From Spirochaetia bacterium (GTDB taxonomy: Bacteria > Spirochaetota > Spirochaetia > CADAEX01), in the NCBI GenBank assembly GCA_963662265.2, contig CAXXHA010000029.1, forward strand, positions 64,001-128,000: a DNA stretch of 64,000 nt. Direction: 5' to 3'. Every line of letters starts with the position of its first letter. Positions within the stretch are counted from its first letter, which is position 1. A model generated the notes under the pieces. The model was given only the letters and a program-made list of their open reading frames with translations, searched no databases and was not told where the DNA came from. The position numbers and the translations under genes were made by a program. Below are positions 28,474-38,607 of the stretch, piece by piece.

Positions 28474-30275
28474 GCATAACAGAAAAAAACCATGCTATTC
28501 TGCGGGATTATTACAATCTGGATCCAGGAAATCTAGGATCATCAGTAGAGAATAAAAGTTATACTGTGGAAACAACCCGCAGGGGATTTAAGACAGTTTC
28601 GGTTAACGGTAAATATATTCACAGCAGATATGATCCTGTGAGTGAGGCTGAAAAGATAATAAAAATGTCTGCAGACAGCTCATCAGACTGCTGGGTATTC
28701 GGAGGATTCGGGCTCGGTTATCACATTGAGGCATTTCTCAAATACACGGAAACTGTAAAAGCTGTTGTTGTCGAACCTGACCCTGAACTTTTCAGAATTG
28801 CTGCCGATGAAATAGATCTTTCAGGTATGCTGATGTCGGGCAGAATAATACTGCTTATTGGAGCGGAAAGCAGTTCAGTTATTCCTACGCTGAATATGTT
28901 CCAGTTTGAAAAAATCAAATACTTTCAGATAAGAAGCGAGTATGAACTTAACACAGATTATTTTGAAAAACTAAAAGATTCTGTTGCCTCATATATTTCC
29001 AGAAAGGATGTAAACAACAATACACTCATAAGATTCGGAAAGCTCTGGGTAAAAAACCTCCTTTTCAATCTTCCTGTTTTTGCAAATTCTCCGGGAATTG
29101 ATTCAATAAAAGAGAGGTTTAAGGGCCTTCCTGCCCTGATTCTTGCCGGCGGACCCGGTCTTGATAAATCTCTTGAAAATTTAAAATCCTACAGGGAAAA
29201 ATGTCTTATCATTGCTGTTGATACTTCATTAAGCGCAGCCTTAAGATACGGTGTTGAACCTGATTTCCTTGTAGTTGTTGATCCACAGTACTGGAACTTC
29301 AGACACCTTGACAGGTGCTCTCTTAAAAATACTATTGTTGTTTCAGAACCTTCAACATATCCCCACACATTCAGAAATCCGGAAGCTGATTATATCTTTG
29401 CAAGTTCTGTCTTCCCGCTGGGGCAGAAAATAGAAAAGGAAACTTACAGAAGGGGAAAAATCGGGGCAGGAGGATCCGTATCAACTACTGCCTGGGATTT
29501 TGCAAGAATTGCAGGATGCAGTCCTGTTGTTTTTGCAGGGCTTGATCTTTCATATCCCGAAAAACAGACCCACTTCAAGGGGAGTTTTTTCGAGGAAAGA
29601 TCACATACTCTGTCCGGTAGAACCATGACGGCAGCCCACATGGATTACAAGCTTCTTACTGATGCATCTCTGATTGAAGCTGAAAGCAACTCCGGAGGAT
29701 CTGTTTTTACAGACCGTCGTCTTGTTATCTACAGGCAGTGGTTTGAGGAGCAGCAGAAACAGCATAATGTTAAGACTCTCACACTTTCAGAAAGCGGAAT
29801 AAAGATTGAGGGGATAACACTTACCGATCATGATTATATTAATAACCTGCCTGATATAAGAAGGTCTCTTGATGACAAGATATCTGAGACGCTTGAGGAG
29901 ATAAAGACTGATCTTACAGACAGGGGAAAGTATATAGAAATATGCGAGAATACAGCATCATCACTTGACAAGTTGATGTCTGTATCTGAAAGGGGCCTTG
30001 AGATCTGCAGGATGCTGCTTGAATCAGGCCGATATAATGAGCAGGCCGCAGATGAACTTAACAGAATAGACAATGAAATACTTTCAGGTGAGAGCCGTGA
30101 TACAGCCGGTTTTCTCCTGCAGGAGGTAAGCCGGAAAATACTTACATCGGAAAAGGAAACAGATTTTAAAAAAGTAATAGGCAATTCTCTTTCTATTTAT
30201 GACAACCTGATAAAATCATCCGACTATCATATAAAACTCATCAAAAAAGCTGTAAAAATGCTGTCTGAGGGCTAA
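28470..30275 (+). CDS. Motility-associated factor (Maf/MptE-like) putative flagellin glycosyltransferase
   Basis: IHSRYDPVSEA, GFGLGYH, AGGPGL, EPDFLVVVDP, GGSVST, FAGLDLSY. Confidence 0.85.
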   Translation: MSITEKNHAILRDYYNLDPGNLGSSVENKSYTVETTRRGFKTVSVNGKYIHSRYDPVSEAEKIIKMSADSSSDCWVFGGFGLGYHIEAFLKYTETVKAVVVEPDPELFRIAADEIDLSGMLMSGRIILLIGAESSSVIPTLNMFQFEKIKYFQIRSEYELNTDYFEKLKDSVASYISRKDVNNNTLIRFGKLWVKNLLFNLPVFANSPGIDSIKERFKGLPALILAGGPGLDKSLENLKSYREKCLIIAVDTSLSAALRYGVEPDFLVVVDPQYWNFRHLDRCSLKNTIVVSEPSTYPHTFRNPEADYIFASSVFPLGQKIEKETYRRGKIGAGGSVSTTAWDFARIAGCSPVVFAGLDLSYPEKQTHFKGSFFEERSHTLSGRTMTAAHMDYKLLTDASLIEAESNSGGSVFTDRRLVIYRQWFEEQQKQHNVKTLTLSESGIKIEGITLTDHDYINNLPDIRRSLDDKISETLEEIKTDLTDRGKYIEICENTASSLDKLMSVSERGLEICRMLLESGRYNEQAADELNRIDNEILSGESRDTAGFLLQEVSRKILTSEKETDFKKVIGNSLSIYDNLIKSSDYHIKLIKKAVKMLSEG

Positions 30276-30333
30276 AGTATCTTTGCATCATACCGAACAT
30301 AAATATATATAGGGAATTTGAGAGGTTCCTTAT

Positions 30334-30376
30334 AAACGGTATGCAATATTGACGTCCAGGCATACCGTTTTTTTTT
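30334..30376 (+). terminator. Intrinsic terminator after maf
   Basis: AAACGGTATGC/GCATACCGTTT stem ending in a T9 run. Confidence 0.8.
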
Positions 30377-30704
30377 GCTCTGAATGTTTTTCCTGTACAA
30401 TATAAAATTAAAATAAGCGTAAAATAGAATCTATCATACACGGAACGATATTTTTCAAAAGCAGATAATAAAAGATCTGTTGATGATATTAAAAAGTTTA
30501 TCCGGGACCTTCTGCCTGATAAAGCTTCCATCTGATAAAAAGATCGCTTCTTCAGCCCTTTTAAAAAAACGTTTTTAAGTTCTTTCTTAAAACCGCTTTT
30601 CAAGTTCATTTTAATATTTACTGAAAAAACTATTAGAAATATTACACTTTTTCTATAATAATATATATTATCCATTCTTCTTGAAAAATATTACAGGAGT
30701 ACAG

Positions 30705-32318
30705 ATGAAAATTATAAAAAAGATTAAATCAATTTACAAAAGTGAAAATGACATATACAGGGAAAAGGCTGTGACACTCTATGTAATCAACCAGGTGCTG
30801 GCAGTTTTTTTTCTTATATTTGCTGTTATCCGATTTGCCAAAGGTGATATTGCAGTTGCTTCAGGTGAAGTGCTTATAGCACTGCTTCTTGCATTGAATA
30901 TATTGGCTCTCTTCAAGGGGCAGTACAAACTGTGCAGTTCTGCAAGTGTTATGCTGTTTACCGGTGCTGCTTTCGGGATATTTTTAATAAAAAAACCGCA
31001 GGATATAAATGATATCTATATTTTTTCAACATACATAATTTCTGTTATATGTGTTGCTCCTCTTCTCTCATATAAAGTGCTTCAGATGATTTTAATTGTT
31101 GTTGCAGGAATAGTCGGTCAGACTGCTTTCTTTTTTCTGAAACTCGTACCTGTCGCAGCAGCTAATGGAACGGAGAACTTCATTGGTGAATATATTATTT
31201 CAATAATTTTTCTTTTCATGGCAGGATTTTTTGCTGTCCTGGTTTTCAGAATGCAGCTCAGAACAATTGAAGCTGTGCAGCATGAAAAAAACAAAACTGA
31301 TAAAAATTTCCAGCAGCTTAATATTATTGTAGGTAGGATGAAATCATCATTCAATGTCGGTGAGAAACTTCTCGGGGCTGCAGAGAATACAACCCGGGTA
31401 TCGGCAAACCTTTCTGAAAACATCCAGGAACTTGACAATATTTCGAAGGAACTCACTAATTCGGCAGAAGGGACTGAAAATGCTAATATGAAGATTAATG
31501 AGTCAAGGGAACTTGTAATGGAAAAAATGGATATTCAGTCTGAAGCTATACAGAATGCTTCTGATTCTCTTAAAAACATGGTTGAAAAAATAGAGATAAT
31601 ATCAAATGAAGCTGAATCAAAACTGAATATACTTGAAGTACTGAATCAGTCATCTGAAGAAGGTTACTCGAAACTGGAACAGTCTCTTCAGTCAATTGAG
31701 AATCTTTCAAAGTCTTCATCAGAGATACTTGAGATTATTTCTGTTATAGAATCCATATCAAGCAGAACAAATATGCTGGCAATGAATGCTGCCATAGAGG
31801 CTGCCCATGCAGGAGAGGCTGGAAAGGGATTTTCAGTTGTAGCAGAGGAAATAAGAAAACTCTCTGAGGAAACATCAGAAAACTCTGATGCAATCAGAAA
31901 AAGTATCGAAAGCAATAACGAATATCTTGAAATATCAAGTAAAGCTTCAGATGATCTCGGAGAAGTAATGGGATCTGTTATCAAGGAAATAAAAGATGTG
32001 AGCAAATCGCTGAATGGAATTATCGATAATATCAAGGATCTGATTAAAGGTTCATATGTAATTACTTCTTCTGTAAATAATCTGTCCAATTCAAATAATG
32101 ATGTGAATACAGCTCTTGAAATTATGGAAAAAAGCATAGACAGCGGCAAAAAAAGCATAGAGGATATAAACAGATCAGTGAGTGTCACAAAAGAGCATAT
32201 CTCCTTTCTGCAGAAATTGGGAAATGATATTGTTGACCAGTCTTCAGGGCTTAAGGAAATCGGATCTGAAAATATTGACCAGATAAAAATACTGAATACT
32301 GAAATGGAAAAAATATGA
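30705..32318 (+). CDS. Methyl-accepting chemotaxis protein with multi-TM N-terminus
   Basis: [33 protein letters not shown]; SD AGGAG before ATG 30705. Confidence 0.93.
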   Translation: MKIIKKIKSIYKSENDIYREKAVTLYVINQVLAVFFLIFAVIRFAKGDIAVASGEVLIALLLALNILALFKGQYKLCSSASVMLFTGAAFGIFLIKKPQDINDIYIFSTYIISVICVAPLLSYKVLQMILIVVAGIVGQTAFFFLKLVPVAAANGTENFIGEYIISIIFLFMAGFFAVLVFRMQLRTIEAVQHEKNKTDKNFQQLNIIVGRMKSSFNVGEKLLGAAENTTRVSANLSENIQELDNISKELTNSAEGTENANMKINESRELVMEKMDIQSEAIQNASDSLKNMVEKIEIISNEAESKLNILEVLNQSSEEGYSKLEQSLQSIENLSKSSSEILEIISVIESISSRTNMLAMNAAIEAAHAGEAGKGFSVVAEEIRKLSEETSENSDAIRKSIESNNEYLEISSKASDDLGEVMGSVIKEIKDVSKSLNGIIDNIKDLIKGSYVITSSVNNLSNSNNDVNTALEIMEKSIDSGKKSIEDINRSVSVTKEHISFLQKLGNDIVDQSSGLKEIGSENIDQIKILNTEMEKI

Positions 32319-32373
32319 TGAATGATAAAATAAATATCTTGCAAAATATATCAGCAGGTTTCAGAATAGAAAT

Positions 32374-33543
32374 ATGAGTAAAATTAAAAAAACTATATCA
32401 TTTCTGGTATTAAGCTTAATCTTAACTTCAGCTGCATACAGCGATAACATAAGCGCTGCTTTTCTCTCCATAGAAAATATGAACAGGAATCCCGGCTATG
32501 ATTATCTTCAGGGAATAGTTGAAGGTCTTTTTCTTTACGACATGTCTTCATCTGAAGGACTTTCGTTAACCGAAAGATCTGATCTTGAAAATATACTTTT
32601 TGAACAGAAACTTAAACTGAGCGGAATAGTTGATGACAAGGATGCCAGCATGGCTGTCGGAAAAATGGTAGGAGCTGATTATCTTTTGAGCGGCAGCTAT
32701 GTGTTTCTAGGGGAAGATCTTCTGATAAATATGAAGGCTGTAAATGTTGTTACAGGTAAAACAACTGCTTTCTCTGCCAGGGGATATACGGAAAATACTG
32801 TTCATGAAATATCGGAGCAGGTGCTTTTCGCATTGACAGGAAATGCTGTTACTCTTGTTTCAGATTCCGGTAAACGGTCAATAATTTCCATGAGGGATGA
32901 AAGTCCGGGATCTGTACATCTGTTTTCATTTATTCATGACGCGGAAATATTTCTCGATGATGAGTTTATCGGTTATACAACAGGAAACGGCAGAACTGCA
33001 ATTATTCATGATGATATTTCCCCGGGTATTCATAAAATAAGAACACATCTTGGTAACGAATTTGGTGTTATTGAACTGCCGGAATTCAATTTCAGGGACT
33101 GGGAAGAGGAATTTGAAGTGAAACCGGGGAAAAAGGTGATTCTCCGCGACGGGACACGGCATTTCAATGATCTGATTTATAAACATCTGTATATAATCTG
33201 GGAAGGATTTAAAATTGTCAAAAAAGATACAATACCTGTTCAGAGAATGCATGAAAAATTCTTTACAGACAGGACAGGCAGGGAAATACCTGTAGAACTT
33301 GTAATTAACTGCAAACCTTCCGGTGATTTTTATATGTTTTATATTACTGTTGTATATAACGGCAAAGATTATGATTATGAAATTGAACCGGAAAAAGGGA
33401 AAGACACTGTTTTTGAGAAAGATATAGAAAAGATAAGAGTTAAAATTAAAATTAATGACAGATATAAAGGACGGTATGAAGTTGATTACTCTGTGAAGCG
33501 GACTGATATCTGGCAGAATATGTTCAGGGAAGAAAATAACTGA
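32374..33543 (+). CDS. Exported protein with CsgG/TolB_N-like and PEGA-like domains
   Basis: Signal peptide; ER.DLE.IL.EQ.L..SG...VGKMVGADYLLSGS; AEIFLDDEFIGYT. Confidence 0.75.
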   Translation: MSKIKKTISFLVLSLILTSAAYSDNISAAFLSIENMNRNPGYDYLQGIVEGLFLYDMSSSEGLSLTERSDLENILFEQKLKLSGIVDDKDASMAVGKMVGADYLLSGSYVFLGEDLLINMKAVNVVTGKTTAFSARGYTENTVHEISEQVLFALTGNAVTLVSDSGKRSIISMRDESPGSVHLFSFIHDAEIFLDDEFIGYTTGNGRTAIIHDDISPGIHKIRTHLGNEFGVIELPEFNFRDWEEEFEVKPGKKVILRDGTRHFNDLIYKHLYIIWEGFKIVKKDTIPVQRMHEKFFTDRTGREIPVELVINCKPSGDFYMFYITVVYNGKDYDYEIEPEKGKDTVFEKDIEKIRVKIKINDRYKGRYEVDYSVKRTDIWQNMFREENN

Positions 33544-33610
33544 TAACAGATTTATGAAAAGTTAATCAGACCAATTAATAATAATTAAACATAATTGCCG
33601 GGGGAGGGTC

Positions 33611-34336
33611 ATGGATACAGTAATAGTTTTCTCGGATAATCTTTATCTGGATGATTTCAATGGAATTAAAATAAAAAAGGTTTTTTCAAAGGAAGAACTT
33701 GCACATGCACTTGTTACAGATGAATACATAAGATGTATTGTAGCTGAAATCCCCGAGATTTCTGATGAATATTTCGGTTTCTTCAACTCTGTAAAAATCA
33801 ACTTTCCAATGCTTGAAGGGGTAATTCTGACGCCTGAGTCTGATAAAACAATACACGGCTTCAGTTTTATTGATGCAGACAAAGATGATTATAAAGAATC
33901 CTTAAAAAGATTTATAAATAATGCTGAAAACAGAAATAAAAGGGGTGCAAACAGGTTTTCATGGCCTCTGAAAGCATGGTTTTCCGAAAATGATATCGAG
34001 TGGAACGAACTTGAAATATTTTCTGTAAGTTCAGGCGGGGCATATCTTAAGACTGATATGATTTTCCCCGGGGGAGGAAGCCGGGGCAAGATAAGGATTA
34101 ATTTTGCAAATTTCTCACTCGAAAGTGAATGCGAGGTAATTGATTCTCAGTCCCGGTCAAGTAATTATCCTTTCGGATTCAGTATAAAATTCACATCTCT
34201 TACCAATGAGGGGAAAATAGTTCTTGATAACCTTGTAAATGATGCAGTTATAAGGATCCTTATGGAACCTGAAGCAGAACCGGAAATCCCGTCACTCGGT
34301 GGGAGTGACCTGACCCCTGATTTTACATTTTTCTGA
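33611..34336 (+). CDS. PilZ domain protein
   Basis: RGANR (RxxxR), SVSSGG, GFSIKF; SD GGGAGGG. Confidence 0.8.
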   Translation: MDTVIVFSDNLYLDDFNGIKIKKVFSKEELAHALVTDEYIRCIVAEIPEISDEYFGFFNSVKINFPMLEGVILTPESDKTIHGFSFIDADKDDYKESLKRFINNAENRNKRGANRFSWPLKAWFSENDIEWNELEIFSVSSGGAYLKTDMIFPGGGSRGKIRINFANFSLESECEVIDSQSRSSNYPFGFSIKFTSLTNEGKIVLDNLVNDAVIRILMEPEAEPEIPSLGGSDLTPDFTFF

Positions 34337-34463
34337 TAAATATTGTTTTGTTTGTTTAAATACTGTAAAAAACAACATAAATGTGTATATAAACTTAAAA
34401 AAATTATCCAAATATTAAAAATTAATTAATCTGATACTAATACTGATTCTTTATTAATATAGT

Positions 34464-36869
34464 ATGAGAAATGAAAATAATAAAAGATCAAAGGCAGATC
34501 TTCATATTCACAGTAAATATTCAAATCATCCATCAGAATGGTTTCTCCGCAGAATTGGTGCACATGAGAGCTATGTTGAACCTGAGCTGATTTACAGAAA
34601 CTGCAAAAAAAAGGGGATGGATTTTGTTACGATTTCCGACCATAACAGCATAGACGGCGCACTTGAAATTGCCCACTATCCTGATACATTTATATCAAGC
34701 GAACTGACTACTTATTTTCCTGAAAACAGAGCCAAGGTTCACTGCCTTGTTTTTAATATTACAGAAAAGCAGTTTGCAGAGCTGAATTTAGTCAGGAAAA
34801 ATATTTATGATCTCAGGGAGTATATTTTAGAAAATGATATTCTATACAGTGTAGCGCATCCTCTTTTCCGGGTTGACGGACTTCTTACTGAAGAACAGTT
34901 TGAAAAACTTGCAGTTCTTTTCAACAGGTTTGAAGGAATAAATGGTTCCCGTAAACCTGCTGCTTGTGAGACTGCTTCGAAAATACTCTATAACCTTGAT
35001 GAAAATGGATTATTCAAACTGGCAGAAAAGCACGGAATTGAGCCGTTAGGTGAAAGTCCATGGGTAAAGACATTTACAGGCGGCAGTGATGATCACAGCG
35101 GACTTTTTCTGGCTGATGCCTATACTGAGACGCCCGAGTCTACATCTGTTGAAACTTTTCTTGATAACATAAGATGTGGGAGACATTATCCGGGCGGGGA
35201 ACATGGATCAAGTATTCTACTTGCTACAAGTCTTATTCAGATTGCGTACAGTTATTATAAAGACAAATTTTCTGAGAAAAATAACGGATTTAATGTTATC
35301 GGTGCTATATTTTCAAATATTATAAAAAATGAAGATAAATCATGTAAAAGAAATATCTTAACTGGATCTGTAAGAAAAATAATAAACCCGATTATTATGC
35401 ATAAAAATGAGCTGTCGGAAACTGAAAGATTCATTATCCGGGAATTTAGAAAAGTAATTACTGATGAAAAAAAACTTAAAAAAACAGGTTTGTCTGAATC
35501 TATGTCTGTAACTGAACGGAGATTCAAGTTTATAACAAGGGCTGGACATCAGCTGTCATACGTGTTTATTCAAAAATTTTTAAATAAAATCAGGAAAGGA
35601 CATTTAATCGGGGCTGTTGAATCTATTGCTTCTCTTTCTCCTGTAGCAATTGGATTTGCACCATACCTTACATCATTCACTACTCAGCATAAAGATTCCG
35701 ATTTTCTGAAAAAAATTGCAGAAAGACATTGTGTGTCCGTAAGTAAAAAGAAGAAAAGAAAAAAAGCATGGTTTACCGATACAATAAATGATCTGAATGG
35801 AGTCTCCAGGACAATCAGGAATGTATCAGAAATAGCATTTGATATGGATTATCCGCTTACTGTTTTCACTTCTACAGACAGTGGAGTAGAATGTAGCTAT
35901 GATTTAAAGAAATTCAAGCCTGTAGGGAAATTCAGCCTGGATGATTATCCTGACCAGGAAATAGTATTTCCCCCATATCTTGAAATACTTAAAGAACTTG
36001 AAGATGGTGATTATGAAGAAATTATTGTATCTACACCTGGACCAATGGGGCTGGTTGCAGTCGCAGCATCAGTTCTTTTTAATCTGCCTATTTCCGGTAT
36101 CTATCATACTGATTTTCCCAGGTATATAGAAAACTGGACAGATGATCCAGGCATGGGGGAATTGGCAATAAAATATATGCAGTGGTTCTACTCTCGGATG
36201 AAAATAATATATGTCCCTACAAATACATATCTTAAGCAGCTCGAAGAAATCGGATTCCGGAAGGAACAGCTTAAAGTCATGAAAAGGGGAGTTGACATGA
36301 AAAAATTCAGTCCGCTTTACAGGGATCCTGATTTCTGGAAAAGATACGGATTAAATAAACGAATTACCTATTTATATGTTGGAAGGATTTCAAGAGAAAA
36401 AAATCTTGATACACTTTTTAAAGCAGCTGAAGTAATTGAAAAAAAAGGTCTTGATTTTCAGATTGCTGTTGTAGGTAGCGGACCTGATGAAGATATGTAC
36501 ATGAAAATGACAGAAGGCAAAGACAATATAGTTTTTACAGGAAGGTTAGACGGGATTGAACTGTCAAGAGCTTATGCAAGTTCTGATATATTTGTATTTC
36601 CCAGTACGACTGATACTTTTGGTAATGTTGTTCTTGAAGCAAACGCAAGCGGGCTTCCCGCTGTTGTTTCAGACAAAGGGGGGCCCGGTGAAATAATAAG
36701 CAGACATGGTTCCGGTATTATCGCAGAATCAAATTCAAAAGATAGTTTTGCTGAAGCCATGATTGAGCTTGCTGTTGACAGTCAGGAATATAATGAACTT
36801 AAAAAAAAGTCTATAGTTAATGCATCTGAAAACAGATGGGACAGTGTTGTTGAAGTCCTGTTTGCCTGA
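34464..36869 (+). CDS. PHP-domain / GT4 glycosyltransferase fusion
   Basis: DLHIHS, TISDHN, AHP, GGSDDH (PHP); YHTDFP, YVGRISREKN, FPSTTDTFGNVVLEA (GT4). Confidence 0.9.
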   Translation: MRNENNKRSKADLHIHSKYSNHPSEWFLRRIGAHESYVEPELIYRNCKKKGMDFVTISDHNSIDGALEIAHYPDTFISSELTTYFPENRAKVHCLVFNITEKQFAELNLVRKNIYDLREYILENDILYSVAHPLFRVDGLLTEEQFEKLAVLFNRFEGINGSRKPAACETASKILYNLDENGLFKLAEKHGIEPLGESPWVKTFTGGSDDHSGLFLADAYTETPESTSVETFLDNIRCGRHYPGGEHGSSILLATSLIQIAYSYYKDKFSEKNNGFNVIGAIFSNIIKNEDKSCKRNILTGSVRKIINPIIMHKNELSETERFIIREFRKVITDEKKLKKTGLSESMSVTERRFKFITRAGHQLSYVFIQKFLNKIRKGHLIGAVESIASLSPVAIGFAPYLTSFTTQHKDSDFLKKIAERHCVSVSKKKKRKKAWFTDTINDLNGVSRTIRNVSEIAFDMDYPLTVFTSTDSGVECSYDLKKFKPVGKFSLDDYPDQEIVFPPYLEILKELEDGDYEEIIVSTPGPMGLVAVAASVLFNLPISGIYHTDFPRYIENWTDDPGMGELAIKYMQWFYSRMKIIYVPTNTYLKQLEEIGFRKEQLKVMKRGVDMKKFSPLYRDPDFWKRYGLNKRITYLYVGRISREKNLDTLFKAAEVIEKKGLDFQIAVVGSGPDEDMYMKMTEGKDNIVFTGRLDGIELSRAYASSDIFVFPSTTDTFGNVVLEANASGLPAVVSDKGGPGEIISRHGSGIIAESNSKDSFAEAMIELAVDSQEYNELKKKSIVNASENRWDSVVEVLFA

Positions 36870-37091
36870 ACTATAAATTATTTGGAATTCGAATCATTGA
36901 CAAATGATTAAAGTATTTATAGCAAAATATCTTGAGAATTAACGTTTTTATGTTTCAGCATAATTTAAAAATTATAATTAAAAAATTATAGTAAGAATAA
37001 AGTGAAAAAATAAAGTTAATTTATATTTAAAAAATATAATGAAGAAAATACTAATAATTGAAAACTAATAAATGACCGATAAAAAGAAATC

Positions 37092-37120
37092 TTTACAATT
37101 TAAATATCACCGGATATAAT
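37092..37120 (+). promoter_or_regulatory. sigma70 promoter ~220 nt upstream of MFS gene
   Basis: TTTACA-17-TATAAT. Confidence 0.75.
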
Positions 37121-37189
37121 TTCCATCTGGAAGTTTATTCCAATCTGGATTCTAATCTGGCTGAAAAGAAGCTGAAAATGCTTGAAAAG

Positions 37190-37298
37190 TCACGGGATCC
37201 TGGCAACATTATCAGCAGAATACTCTTTATGTTGGTATCCGAATTATATTTCGGATTATTTGCCGGGTTGATATGATGTTTCTTTATCAGTCTCGTGA
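37190..37298 (+). promoter_or_regulatory. Candidate structured cis-regulatory leader RNA with overlapping uORF (37178-37276)
   Basis: Five nested helices forming two three-way junctions; 32-codon hydrophobic uORF. Confidence 0.6.
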
Positions 37299-37339
37299 TG
37301 TTCTGTTGGTAATATAATTTAAAATAAGGATTTTATATT

Positions 37340-38553
37340 ATGAAAACAGAATGTCTGATGAAAAATATCGGCAAAAACTATATATTTACCCTCTTTTTCT
37401 ACCTGAACCTTACAAGAGGTGTCTGGATGATATATCTGGCATACAGGGGATTTTCACTTCTTGAGCTGGGTATTTTCGAAGGTGTGTTTCATATAACATC
37501 ATTTCTCATGGAAGTGCCTACAGGTGTTGTCGCAGACCTCTGGGGAAGAAAAAACAAGCCGTTTATGCGGAAGAATAATGTTTTTTCTGAGTCTTTTAAT
37601 AATGTACTATTCAGGCAGTTTCATTCTCCAGGCTGCCGGTTTCGCGTTCTGCGCGATAGGTTACAACCTTGAATCTGGAGCAGGAGAGGCTCTTGTCTAT
37701 GATTCAATGCTTTTATCAGGCGAAAAGGAAAATTATAAAAAAGTTGCAGGGAAACAGGAACTGATTTTACAGAGCGCTTTTATAATATCATACCTTGCAG
37801 GAGGCTACCTTGCTGTAAGGAGTTATTTTTCAGTTTTTTTTATATCTGCATTATTTACAGCATTATCATTCATTGTTGCGCTTACTTTTCATGAACCGGT
37901 TTTCAATGATAAGAAGACAGGCCTGAAATTCAGCATCAAAGATATATTAAGGTCAATGATTTCACAGACAGCTGAGAGTATATCTGTGATAAAAAAAAGG
38001 CCCAGGATTGCCATGTTTATCCTTTTTTCAGAAATTATATTCACTTTTATTGTCTGTCTTTTCTTTTATCTTCAGAATTTCTGGAAAGGAGAGGGAAAGA
38101 GTGAATTTTATATCGGTATTGTTTATGCTGTATCTGCATTAACAGCAGGAGTCACTGCCTTCAAAGCGCCTGTGATAGAAAAAAAAAATCGGAGAGAAGG
38201 GAGTCCTGATTTTCATGCCTGTTGCACTTGTTGTCTGCCTGTGGGGAGTTGCACTTACAGATTACAAGGAGATATTTTATATATCTACCGGAATTATAGA
38301 GGGAATACTTGTAGTTGCGATAAGCGATTACATAAACAGGCTGATTCCCAGTGAAACAAGGGCAACTGTTCTATCTTTTCAGAGCATGGTCTTCAGTTTT
38401 TTCATGATTATAGCCTTTCCTTTAGTCGGGTGGATTGGGGACAGGTATTCCTTGAGTAATGCTTTCGCTGTTATGGCAGCTGTCGGGACAGTTATATTGA
38501 TCCTGTTTATCTTTTTCAGACAGAATGAAAAAAATATGAAAAATGAAGTATAA
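37340..38553 (+). pseudogene. MFS transporter split by two +1 A frameshifts (probably intact in vivo)
   Basis: EVPTGVVADLWGRK, LESGAGEALVYDS, IPSETRATVLS. Removing one A at ~37551 and ~38183 joins three ORFs. Confidence 0.85.
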
Positions 38554-38607
38554 AAATGCTGACGTTAAAATTTGATTAATCATGAAAGTGATAATATTCT
38601 TTTTATC

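Noticed and set aside
30318-30340. preQ1-I riboswitch (AGAGGTTC)
   Set aside because: No complementary CCTCT arm or A-rich tail; no queuosine genes nearby
30241-30675. 144-aa minus-strand ORF
   Set aside because: Crosses a terminator and the maf 3' end; no SD and no family features
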